From an uncultured Candidatus Saccharibacteria bacterium (lineage in GTDB: Bacteria > Patescibacteriota > Minisyncoccia > Phycocordibacterales > UBA918), in contig CAYGKU010000001.1 of the NCBI GenBank assembly GCA_964350745.1, positions 23,470-77,343 on the forward strand: a DNA stretch of 53,874 bases, written 5' to 3'. Made by a program: the position numbers and the translations under genes. The number at the start of each line of letters is the position of its first letter. Positions within the stretch are counted from its first letter, which is position 1. Below the pieces are notes generated by a model that worked only from the letters and a program-made list of their open reading frames with translations, ran no database searches and had not been told where the DNA came from. Below, piece after piece: positions 43,010 to 51,069 of the stretch.

Positions 43010-43080
43010 GCGGCCATGGTTAAGTGGTATAATGAGTCCTTGCCAAGGATTAGTCGGGAGTTCGATTCTCCCTGGCCGCA
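43010..43080 (+). tRNA. tRNA-Gly (anticodon GCC), no encoded CCA
   Basis: Manual fold. Acceptor GCGGCCA/TGGCCGC, anticodon stem AGTCC/GGATT with loop TTGCCAA, T arm GGGAG-TTCGATT-CTCCC, discriminator A. Confidence 0.85.
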
Positions 43081-43134
43081 CTGCATAGAAAAAAGCCGGA
43101 AGAAATCCGGCTTTTTTCTATGCAGTGCGGCCAG
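43072..43134 (+). terminator. 29-bp perfect inverted repeat that includes the last 9 nt of tRNA-Gly
   Basis: CTGGCCGCACTGCATAGAAAAAAGCCGGA-agaaa-exact complement. The inner part is a classic terminator (GCCGGA/TCCGGC followed by TTTTTT). Confidence 0.7.
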
Positions 43135-43547
43135 AGCAAAGCATTTTCATGCTTTGCGTGGAGAATCGAAGCTTCGGACGATGTTTTGTGAGCTTCCTAG
43201 CGAACAAAACGAGGAGAAGCCGTCCAGGAAAGCGAGTCTATTTTGTAAGCGGAGCGAAACAAAATAGCCACTATTCCGGGACGATTCTCCCTGGCGAACC
43301 CAGAAAGTGGATACTTTCTGGGCCTTTGCCGTTCTGTAGCGAGACAGGGAGAATCGAAGAGAGTTCCGTGCGAAGTCTGATTTTGAGACACGAAGAATCA
43401 GAAGGAACGACGGGGTCGCGTAGCACAATATTTTGGAGCCTGTGAACAAAATATTGATAAGTCACAATTCTATTCTTTGTGTCACCTTGTAAGCAAAATA
43501 AGTGCATTTTATGGTGCTATTTCTGTTCTATCTACTTACAATAAGTA
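43135..43547. other. tRNA-Gly-adjacent structured non-coding tract
   Basis: Only short overlapping ORFs on both strands. Hairpins at 43183-43210, 43238-43267 and 43376-43402 have GAG...CGAA-type loops. tRNA-Gly T-arm fragments lie at 43160-43170 (rc), 43282-43295 and 43345-43358 (rc). The 11-mer TTCTGTAGCGA is shared with 29213-29223. Confidence 0.5.
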
Positions 43548-44309
43548 TTACTTAGCATCAAGCAGGATATTTAAATCTTTGATATTGACCTCTCCGTCCA
43601 GATTGAAATCGTATTTAGGATCACTTCCGGCTATATTTAGCATAAATATGCTTATATCTGCCATGGATTGTTTGCCGTCACTGTTCAGATCGGTTGAGGG
43701 GAGCTCTTTGATCACAGTATAAGTTGTTTCGATACTTTGTTGATCGGCCTTATTTTTATCAGCCGAGGTTTCGGAGTCGTCGACTGTAATAATAGTGCTG
43801 ATCGGTTTGGTCAGATCAGCGTCGGTCCCCAGGCCGTCATGAAGTAGAATTCTAGACTTATTTAAGCTGATGGCCCCCTTACCGGTTTGCAGAGTTTCAA
43901 AAGTTACGGTGATAAGACTTCCTTCACCTGAAAAACCGCCATCTCTAGTGGTTCCGCCGGTAAAATTCATGGTACCGGCCCCGTTGCTGTACCAAGGTTC
44001 TTCCGCCCACAGGTCGGCCATATCGGTGTTGTAGTCAATAGATCTAATAGCTAGCACATTGTGGTCAAAATTAAGCTCACCATGGAAAACATTGACTGGA
44101 ACTGTTGATCTTACCGTAATGTGTATATCAAAAGTATCGCCAATGGTAGTCACCTTAGTTGTCGGTTCTATCTCCATACTAACCCCCTCCTTTTCTTTAT
44201 CAGGTAATATTGAAATACCGAATACGGCAATAATTGCCAAAAAGGCGCTGGCGGCCAGAGCGGCTTGAGCCACGGCTCCCTTCTTTAAAAATTTAAGATC
44301 AAAATGCAT
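43548..44309 (-). CDS. Cohesin-like plus dockerin domain protein
   Basis: 253 aa with an N-terminal anchor/signal. Cohesin-like beta domain. The C-terminus has two Ca-binding dockerin repeats, DLNSDGKQSMADISIFML and DFNLDGEVNIKDLNILLD. Confidence 0.7.
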   Translation of the reverse strand: MHFDLKFLKKGAVAQAALAASAFLAIIAVFGISILPDKEKEGVSMEIEPTTKVTTIGDTFDIHITVRSTVPVNVFHGELNFDHNVLAIRSIDYNTDMADLWAEEPWYSNGAGTMNFTGGTTRDGGFSGEGSLITVTFETLQTGKGAISLNKSRILLHDGLGTDADLTKPISTIITVDDSETSADKNKADQQSIETTYTVIKELPSTDLNSDGKQSMADISIFMLNIAGSDPKYDFNLDGEVNIKDLNILLDAK

Positions 44310-44476
44310 AATCTAATTATAGTGTAATTAAAGTCATTTTAATTGCAGAAATAGCGAAGTTGTTGAAAACTGTGGAAAAGACAGTGTATAGGTGGATAAA
44401 GGACAAATATGATAAAAGACAAAAGTATTGAAAATCAAGGTTATTTCATATTTGGCTCCAAAAATTAGTAAATAAC

Positions 44477-45059
44477 GTTTCACGTGAAACATTTAGGTTG
44501 GAAGGTAAAAACAGTAACATTTAAGTCTCACCAGTCTACAATAAAACTGAACATTTCACATGGAACGCTTGGACAGAGTTCCATGTGAAATGAATATAAT
44601 TAAATTCAGGTACTTTTTGAGTTTAAAACTTAGTTTCATGTGAAATGAGAGAAAAGTATTCTAAACAGCTGATATAATGTTACACGTGCAACCAAAACTA
44701 TCAAATAAAGTCAAAAATAAGCAGATTGGTGAGCTGGGTGAAAAAATTGCCGGTAATTACCTTAAAAACAAAGGGTTTGAGATCATCGAGTATAATTATC
44801 TTAAAAAGTGGGGTGAGATCGATATAGTTACACGTAGAACAGATAAGATCCACTTTGTTGAAGTAAAAACAGTTTCATATGAAACCAAACAACAGTTGGA
44901 TGAGGCGGTTACACGTAGAACATGGCGACCTGAAGAAAATGTTCACGCTTTTAAGCTTATAAAGCTTTCTCGGGCTATCGAATCCTGGCTGCTAGATAAT
45001 AGATCTGAAAATGAATGGCAGATAGATGTTATTGCGGTAAGAGTGGTGCCACGTGAAAA
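44477..45059. repeat. Array of eight GTTnCAyGTrnAAC 14-bp palindromes
   Basis: Copies at 44477, 44553, 44578, 44633, 44679 (overlapping the yraN ATG), 44827, 44908 and 45046. The best copy is GTTTCACGTGAAAC. Confidence 0.75.
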
Positions 45060-45099
45060 GTTCTCTACTGTAAAGTACATACCCAACGTTATTTTGTAG
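44677..45099 (+). CDS. yraN: YraN-family (UPF0102) PD-(D/E)xK endonuclease-like protein
   Basis: 140 aa. GELGEKIAGNYLKNKGFEII, GEIDIV, FVEVKT are typical YraN motifs. Confidence 0.8.
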   Translation: MLHVQPKLSNKVKNKQIGELGEKIAGNYLKNKGFEIIEYNYLKKWGEIDIVTRRTDKIHFVEVKTVSYETKQQLDEAVTRRTWRPEENVHAFKLIKLSRAIESWLLDNRSENEWQIDVIAVRVVPREKFSTVKYIPNVIL

Positions 45100-45203
45100 T
45101 TCTCTGTATTACTGATTAGAGTTACAGTGTTGAGTTTTCAAGGTATATTAAAATCGGCAGTTATATACTTGACACACCCAATCAAATAGTATAAGATAGG
45201 GTT

Positions 45204-46085
45204 ATGACTAATTTTATTGAGTTTTACCAACGTTTTGCCACCGAAGAAGATTGTATTAACCACCTAGCAAAAACCCGTTGGGGGGATACCCCAGTTTGCC
45301 CGCATTGTGAAAATATGGGCGCTTACTTCATAAAGACACGTAAAATCTACAAATGTAGCTCTTGCCGTAAGCAATTTACTGTTAGGGTCGGTACTATTTT
45401 TGAGGATTCAAGAATTCCTCTACAAAAATGGTTTCTTGCTATTTATATCCTAACAAGTATGAAAAAGGGTATTTCTTCTATACAAATGGCAAAATACCTT
45501 GGTATTACTCAAAAAAGCGCTTGGTTTATGCTACACCGCATACGATATGCAGTAAATTCAGAACAATTCAAAGCTCCTTTGACTGGCGAGGTGGAAGTAG
45601 ATGAAACATACATTGGTGGTAGGAGAAAGGGTGGCCGAGGCCGCGGCGCAAAGGGAAAGACGCCAGTTGTAGGGCTTGTAGAACGTGGCGGAAAGATAAA
45701 GGTGCATAAAACCAATAACGTAACCGCCTTAACGCTTACAGGGCTTGTCTACTACAATGTAGACCGTACCTCACGCGTGATAACTGACGAATTTCGATCA
45801 TATAACTACGTTCGACTACATAACCGCCATGACACCATTGAACACGGCAAGAAACAGTATGTTCGCGGTGACGTACATACCAACAATATTGAGAGTTTTT
45901 GGAGTCATTTGAAGCGCGGAATAAAGGGGGTATACTTACAGGTAAGTCCGAAGCACCTACAAAGATACTGTGACGAATATGCATACCGATTCAACACTCG
46001 CTCACTTACAGACATTGAACGTTTCAACGACTATCTGGCTATAAATAGCCCTAAAATCACATATAATCAGCTTAAAACAACATAA
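45204..46085 (+). CDS. IS1595-family transposase
   Basis: 293 aa. N-terminal zinc ribbon CPHCEN...CSSCRKQF. DDE domain with VEVDETYIGG and ITDEFRSY. Confidence 0.85.
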   Translation: MTNFIEFYQRFATEEDCINHLAKTRWGDTPVCPHCENMGAYFIKTRKIYKCSSCRKQFTVRVGTIFEDSRIPLQKWFLAIYILTSMKKGISSIQMAKYLGITQKSAWFMLHRIRYAVNSEQFKAPLTGEVEVDETYIGGRRKGGRGRGAKGKTPVVGLVERGGKIKVHKTNNVTALTLTGLVYYNVDRTSRVITDEFRSYNYVRLHNRHDTIEHGKKQYVRGDVHTNNIESFWSHLKRGIKGVYLQVSPKHLQRYCDEYAYRFNTRSLTDIERFNDYLAINSPKITYNQLKTT

Positions 46086-46088
46086 TAT

Positions 46089-47015
46089 ATGCCAACCGAT
46101 CCAGAACAAATGGAACTAGCCCTAGAGGGAGAGTGTCAAGTAGAAGTATTTCAAAAAGAAGAAGTAAGAAAGGTTTTTCATGAGAAAGGCTGGTGGTTTT
46201 CTGTAAAAGACGTGTTAGAAGTGCTTACAGGAACTACTGACGGAAACCGCTATTCGCGTGACCTTAGAGCCAAAGATGAGGGCCTAAAAGAGGGGTGGGC
46301 GGAAATTACGCGGGCCTTGCCATTTGATAGCGGTAAAGGGGGAACACAAGAGACAACTTTCATTAGCATAGAGGGTATTTTCCGCTTAATGCAGTCAGTA
46401 CCAAGTAAAAAAGCTGAACCATTCAAGAAATGGCTTGCTAAAGTCGGTTTTGAGCGCGTACAAGAGTACCACAACCCAGATTTAGCTATAGAACGGGCAG
46501 TTGCTATCTATCATGCTAAGGGTTACCCAATAGAATGGATTGAGGCTCGTATTCCCAATAAAATTGCAAGAGAGAGATTGGAAGAAGAATGGCACAAACG
46601 AGGTATTACACAACCAGTTGAGTTTGCTGTTTTGACTGCCGCGATTTCGGAAGAAACTTTTGGTATTACCCCCGCAGAACATAAAGAGGTCAAAAATCTC
46701 GGTAAAAGTCATAATTTAAGGGATAATATGACACCTATTGAGCTTACACTCACCACCCTAGCAGAACAGGCCACAAGAGAGATCGCTGAGGCAACAGACG
46801 CTCAGAACTTTTACGCTCACAAAGCAGCCGCAAAATCTGGCGGAAGTATTGCTGGCCAAGCAAGGCGTGATATTGAAAGTGCCACAGGAAAGGAAGTGGT
46901 TTCTAAAACTAACTATCTTACAGAGCGACAGCGTAAAAACATGGAACTACCTGAAAACTTTGATGAGACACTCGCTAGAATCGCACAGGTAAAACCACCA
47001 AAGGAAGAAAAATAA
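46089..47015 (+). CDS. Bro-N domain protein (phage antirepressor-like)
   Basis: 308 aa. N-terminal VFHEKGWWFSVKDVLEVL...FISIEGIFRL fits the Bro-N pattern. Helical C-terminal domain. Confidence 0.6.
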   Translation: MPTDPEQMELALEGECQVEVFQKEEVRKVFHEKGWWFSVKDVLEVLTGTTDGNRYSRDLRAKDEGLKEGWAEITRALPFDSGKGGTQETTFISIEGIFRLMQSVPSKKAEPFKKWLAKVGFERVQEYHNPDLAIERAVAIYHAKGYPIEWIEARIPNKIARERLEEEWHKRGITQPVEFAVLTAAISEETFGITPAEHKEVKNLGKSHNLRDNMTPIELTLTTLAEQATREIAEATDAQNFYAHKAAAKSGGSIAGQARRDIESATGKEVVSKTNYLTERQRKNMELPENFDETLARIAQVKPPKEEK

Positions 47016-47163
47016 GGCTCTTTAGCCTTTGGGTGTGTTAAATATGTAACTGCCTTAAAATCAAAGGTATTTTGGAAACAAGGCTTTTTGGTATTGGATA
47101 CGTAACGACAGCACTGGGCCCAGTAGTCATGTTTAGAGCAACAAACGTAGTTTGTTTACGGTA

Positions 47164-47202
47164 GTTCCATGTGTAACATCAGTTAAGCGTTTCACGTGAA
47201 AC
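47164..47202. repeat. Two further copies of the GTTnCAyGTrnAAC palindrome
   Basis: GTTCCATGTGTAAC (47164-47177) and GTTTCACGTGAAAC (47189-47202), just right of the putative IS. Confidence 0.7.
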
Positions 47203-47270
47203 TTCTACTGGTAATATTGGGTGGTTTAGGAGACTGAAGTCTCGGTATAGCTTAGTAGTTTAGGCTATTA

Positions 47271-47311
47271 TTTATAAAGGACAGATAGTGTTGGATTGTG
47301 TCCTTTATAAA
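47271..47311. repeat. Third hairpin with TATAAAGGACA / TGTCCTTTATA arms
   Basis: TTTATAAAGGACA-gatagtgttggattg-TGTCCTTTATAAA. Same arm sequence as at 26271-26364. Confidence 0.6.
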
Positions 47312-47371
47312 ATTGCATCGAATTAGTTAGAATTGATTATCAGCTAATAAGCATTGGCTGATGTGATTGGA

Positions 47372-47413
47372 AAAGTAAATTGGCCAAGCATAAATGCTTG
47401 GCCAATTTACTTT
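47372..47413 (-). terminator. 19-bp perfect hairpin next to the displaced tRNA-Pro 3' fragment
   Basis: AAAGTAAATTGGCCAAGCA-TAAA-TGCTTGGCCAATTTACTTT. Confidence 0.55.
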
Positions 47414-47418
47414 ATAAT

Positions 47419-47440
47419 TTGTCGGGGAGCCGGGAATCGA
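47419..47440 (-). repeat. 22-nt direct copy of the tRNA-Pro 3' end (att-like scar)
   Basis: TTGTCGGGGAGCCGGGAATCGA is identical to 47565-47586, which spans the 3' end of the intact tRNA-Pro. Confidence 0.75.
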
Positions 47441-47567
47441 TCCTTACAGGATCAGTGCAGGTTATCGATATTTCAGTCCAAGTATTCCTGAAATATCTGA
47501 TTAACCTTTTCGATCCCGGCCACAAAAGCAAAACAGCCGAATACAATATTCGACTGTTTTGCCCTTG

Positions 47568-47638
47568 TCGGGGAGCCGGGAATCGAACCCGGGCCGCACG
47601 GTCCCAAACCGCGTACACTACCACTATGCTACACCCCG
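47568..47638 (-). tRNA. tRNA-Pro (anticodon UGG), no encoded CCA
   Basis: Manual fold of the reverse complement. Acceptor CGGGGTG/CTCCCCG (one U-U mismatch), anticodon loop TTTGGGA, T arm CCGGG-TTCGATT-CCCGG. Confidence 0.8.
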
Positions 47639-47941
47639 AGCGAAAAGTTAAGCACAAGCCTGCTTGTATTTAAACTTTGAGCTCAGGGGTGAAAGCTTAC
47701 GCTTACACCCCGTTAATTTAGCAGTGTGCGCAGATAATACCATTCATTTACAAAAAATGCGAGTGTTTGCTGGTAAATATTGGTTATGGATCATAATCCC
47801 ACTCATTGGCCAATATTCTTCTCTGTTAAGGTGAGGGCGGTAGGTTTTGTTGTGACTAATGTAGATGTGCTTGTGTGGGCCAGGCTTGGATCAATATTAT
47901 TATTTTGCAAATTTGCGATTGTAGGGCATTATTATAGTCAA

Positions 47942-48874
47942 ATGATCACGTATTACTTTCGTACTCTAAAGGATGAGACTTTGAAGCGGTTGGAAGAGCC
48001 TCGCTCGGGGGTGTGGGTCAATGTCTTGGATCCTAGTGATGAAGAGTTGAGTCAGTTGGCTAAACGCTTTTCTTTAGATGAGGATATCATCAGTGATGCT
48101 AAAGACTTGTATGAAGTACCTCGTATGGAAAAGACTCATAACGCTACATACTTTTTTACCCGTTATCCGTATCGTGCAGAAAATCAAAACCAGGTTGATG
48201 TGACGGCGCCGATTTTGATCATAATGGGGGAGACGTTCGTGATGACGATAAAGGTTCGAGAGGTTCCGCAGTTTGACCGGATCATTTCCGGCGATGATGT
48301 GGTTTACACCACTCAAAAAACCAAGTTTTTTATACACTTAATGAGTATATTTACTAATTCTTTTGATAAAGAACTCAAGCGTTTGCAAAAAGCGGTACAC
48401 AGGGACCGTGTGCGACTTAGTCGAATCGGACCAAAAGATATTGAGCGATTGGTCGGTCACGAAAACAGCCTTAATAATATGGTTGATGCTTTGGTGCCGA
48501 CCAACACCTGGCTGCAAAAGGTGATGGGGAGTAAGAATTACATGCATTTTTTTGATGAGGATTTGGAGATGATGGAGGACTTGGTGATCGCCAACAGTCA
48601 GGTGGTGAACTCCGCTCGGTCGGTTTTGACCACCATTCAGAACATTCGTGGTTCGATCGAGGCGATCATGACCAGTCGCCTTAACAATGCCCTAAAGATC
48701 CTTACCGTACTTACTATTCTTCTTACCATCCCACTTGTTATCACTTCCATGTATGGCATGAATGTAGCTCTGCCGATGCAGAATAATCCCAATGTCTTCT
48801 TTATTATTTTGACGGTAAGTATTGTTATCTTGATCTCCTTGGTGGCTCTGTTTCGTAAAAATGAATGGTTATAA
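47942..48874 (+). CDS. corA: CorA-family magnesium transporter
   Basis: Start taken at the ATG at 47942 (about 310 aa). YGMNV signature between two C-terminal TM helices. Confidence 0.85.
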   Translation: MITYYFRTLKDETLKRLEEPRSGVWVNVLDPSDEELSQLAKRFSLDEDIISDAKDLYEVPRMEKTHNATYFFTRYPYRAENQNQVDVTAPILIIMGETFVMTIKVREVPQFDRIISGDDVVYTTQKTKFFIHLMSIFTNSFDKELKRLQKAVHRDRVRLSRIGPKDIERLVGHENSLNNMVDALVPTNTWLQKVMGSKNYMHFFDEDLEMMEDLVIANSQVVNSARSVLTTIQNIRGSIEAIMTSRLNNALKILTVLTILLTIPLVITSMYGMNVALPMQNNPNVFFIILTVSIVILISLVALFRKNEWL

Positions 48875-48877
48875 GTT

Positions 48878-49495
48878 ATGAGAAAACAAGTGTTATATAT
48901 TCACGGCGGAGATTCATTTTCCCGACATGGGGATTTTTTGGAATATCTACGAACAAGACCGGTTCGTAACCTGCCTGATAAGGAGCCTTTGAAGATCTGG
49001 ACTGAAACTTTAGAAGAGGATCTGGGTGAAGAGTTTGAGCTTTTCAGGCCGTCAATGCCAAATAAGCAAAATGCCAACTATGAGGAGTGGAAGATCTGGT
49101 TTGAACGACATTTTGAGTACTTGCGCGACGGGGTTATTTTGGTGGGATGGTCGCTCGGAGGGATGTTCTTGGTCAAGTATCTTAGCGAGGAAAGTTTGCC
49201 GGTCAAAATATCGGCTCTTCATTTACTTGGGGCGCCTTGCGGGAAATGTGAGGATGAGGGTGGTAATGATTGTGGAAGTTTTCAGTTTGATCCGGAAAGA
49301 TTGGTAAATTTGGAAGATAGAACGGGCAACATCACCTTGTGGCACTCCAAAGATGACTTTGTGGTTCCGTATGATCACGTTCTACTTTACAAAGAACGGT
49401 TAGAAAAGGCGAAATTGGTGACTTATGAAGACAAGAATCACTTCCTAATAGCTGATTTTAATGATTTAATTAGTAGTATTAAAAGGCAGGGGTAA
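48878..49495 (+). CDS. Alpha/beta serine hydrolase (YdeN/RBBP9-like)
   Basis: 205 aa. Nucleophile elbow GWSLGG, later HSKDDFVVP. Confidence 0.55.
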   Translation: MRKQVLYIHGGDSFSRHGDFLEYLRTRPVRNLPDKEPLKIWTETLEEDLGEEFELFRPSMPNKQNANYEEWKIWFERHFEYLRDGVILVGWSLGGMFLVKYLSEESLPVKISALHLLGAPCGKCEDEGGNDCGSFQFDPERLVNLEDRTGNITLWHSKDDFVVPYDHVLLYKERLEKAKLVTYEDKNHFLIADFNDLISSIKRQG

Positions 49496-49564
49496 GAGGG
49501 TATTAGTAATCACAGATGGTAAGAATTCGTATATCGATGCGTCTACATATATAATGGTTTTCAC

Positions 49565-50155
49565 ATGTTGGGAAGTAAACAAGCAGACAACACAGGAGAA
49601 AGCCAAGAGGAACGTTTTTTGAAAGCTTTCGATGAGTATAGTGATGCGCTTTTTCGTCATGCCAGTATTCGTATCAGTGACAGGGAAAAAGCGGTTGATA
49701 TCGTGCATGACACTTTCACAAAAGTGTGGTCTTATACTCGTTCAGGACACAATATCGATTCTTATCGTTCATTTTTATATAAAGTTCTCAATAACTTGAT
49801 CATTGATGAGTATCGAAAACACAAAGAGATGTCCCTTGATTCACTGATGGAGGTGGAGGGTGTAGACGAAGGTTCATTCTCGGACTTATCTGAGGATACT
49901 ACCGAAGCTCTGGCGGCCACTATTGATGGAAAAAAAGCTTTTGAATTACTGGATGAGTTGCCTGATACCTACAAAGAAGTGATCGTTTTGCGGTTTGTTG
50001 ATGGACTGGGTCCAAGAGAGATAAGTGAATTGATCGAAGAAACGGAGAACGTAGTTTCGGTAAGGATTTACCGCGGATTGAAGATGCTACGAGAAAAGAT
50101 CGAGGTGGCTACTGATAAGGCTGAAAAGAATCGGAGTCAAAAAACCAAAAATTAA
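49565..50155 (+). CDS. ECF-type sigma-70 family sigma factor
   Basis: 196 aa. Region 2 (AVDIVHDTFTKVW) and region 4 HTH (EVIVLRFVDGLGPREISELIEETENVVSVRIYRGLKMLRE). Confidence 0.85.
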   Translation: MLGSKQADNTGESQEERFLKAFDEYSDALFRHASIRISDREKAVDIVHDTFTKVWSYTRSGHNIDSYRSFLYKVLNNLIIDEYRKHKEMSLDSLMEVEGVDEGSFSDLSEDTTEALAATIDGKKAFELLDELPDTYKEVIVLRFVDGLGPREISELIEETENVVSVRIYRGLKMLREKIEVATDKAEKNRSQKTKN

Positions 50156-50160
50156 TTTAT

Positions 50161-51069
50161 ATGAAACGCTTTAGCGAACAATTTAATAAAAAAGCAAACT
50201 CAATTCGCATGACTGCGCCTGAAAAGGATGAGTTGCGTGAGCGTCTAGTGTCATACATGGAGTATCATCCGTTGTCTACTAAGACCAAGCTGAAGCAAGA
50301 GATCGTTTCTGAGGCGTCTTTGACGGACTCTTCTCTCAGGATCGTAAAGGTAAGCAAAATGCGCTTATTTCAGTGGTCCGGTGCTATGATGGTCATTTTT
50401 ACTCTGGTAATACCTTATGTGGCGGAGCGAGCGGTACCGGGCGATGCTCTTTATGCCGTTAAGGTTAATTTTAATGAAGAGGTTCGTAGCACTTTGGCAC
50501 TTAGTCCTTATGAAAAAATTGCTTGGGAGACCGAAAGACTTAATCGACGTATCGCCGAGGCCAGGGTGTTGGCTGATGAAGGAAGGTTGACAGAAGAGAC
50601 TGAGACCATGATGGCTGACGCGGTGAGAGTGCATAGTGAAAATGCCAGAAAGGAAATTGAAAATCTAAAACAGACCGATAAAGAAGAGGCCGCTTTGGCT
50701 TCCATTCAGTTGGATACAACCTTAGATATCCAGTCAGCTTCACTGAGGAATACACACAAGGATAACGAAGAGGATGGACCGGTCTCAAAGATAGAAAATG
50801 TGATAGCTGAATCACAAAAGATATCAGCCATTGCCGAGGCTAACGATCTGCCATCTTATGAGCGATTGATGGGTAGGGTTGAGCGGGAAACTACCAGAGC
50901 TTATGAGCTATTAAACGGTATCAATGAACTGGCCACTTCAAAGGAAAAAGATGATATAGAACGTCGCTTGGAGGATATTGACCGCAAGGTTAAGTTGGCC
51001 ATGAGTGCGTCCGAGACCTCTGAAACAGACTCAACGTCTGATCGTATTTATGACCAATATCGACGTTAG
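50161..51069 (+). CDS. Putative anti-sigma / DUF5667-like membrane protein
   Basis: 302 aa, 5 nt after the sigma gene. One TM helix (WSGAMMVIFTLVIPYVA). Helical extracytoplasmic region. Confidence 0.55.
   Translation: MKRFSEQFNKKANSIRMTAPEKDELRERLVSYMEYHPLSTKTKLKQEIVSEASLTDSSLRIVKVSKMRLFQWSGAMMVIFTLVIPYVAERAVPGDALYAVKVNFNEEVRSTLALSPYEKIAWETERLNRRIAEARVLADEGRLTEETETMMADAVRVHSENARKEIENLKQTDKEEAALASIQLDTTLDIQSASLRNTHKDNEEDGPVSKIENVIAESQKISAIAEANDLPSYERLMGRVERETTRAYELLNGINELATSKEKDDIERRLEDIDRKVKLAMSASETSETDSTSDRIYDQYRR

Larger units (their letters stand above)
45172..47038 (+). mobile_element. Putative IS1595-family element carrying a Bro-N passenger gene
   Basis: 10-bp inverted repeat ACACACCCAA (45172-45181) / TTGGGTGTGT (47029-47038) brackets the transposase and the Bro-N ORF, which are separated by 3 nt. 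The boundaries are tentative. Confidence 0.4.

Noticed and set aside
43360-43440. tmRNA-like or other known RNA in the tract after tRNA-Gly (GGAACGACGGGGTCGCG resembles the GGAUUCGACGGGG 5' region of tmRNA)
   Set aside because: No matching acceptor/T-arm pairing partner, no tag reading frame, and no CCA-proximal T-arm of the correct geometry could be found.
43016-43507. Six overlapping 64-106-aa ORFs on both strands after tRNA-Gly
   Set aside because: They are mutually overlapping and run through tRNA and hairpin sequences. None has an RBS or protein-like composition. The region is better explained as structured non-coding DNA.
47380-47673. ORFs 47380..47673 (+) and 47412..47657 (-) across tRNA-Pro
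   Set aside because: They read through the tRNA gene, its duplicated 3' fragment and terminator hairpins.
47780-47941. N-terminal 54-codon extension of corA in the ORF track
   Set aside because: The extension would add a hydrophobic, non-conserved-looking segment. The CorA-like sequence and typical length begin at the ATG at 47942. The upstream part is more likely leader RNA.
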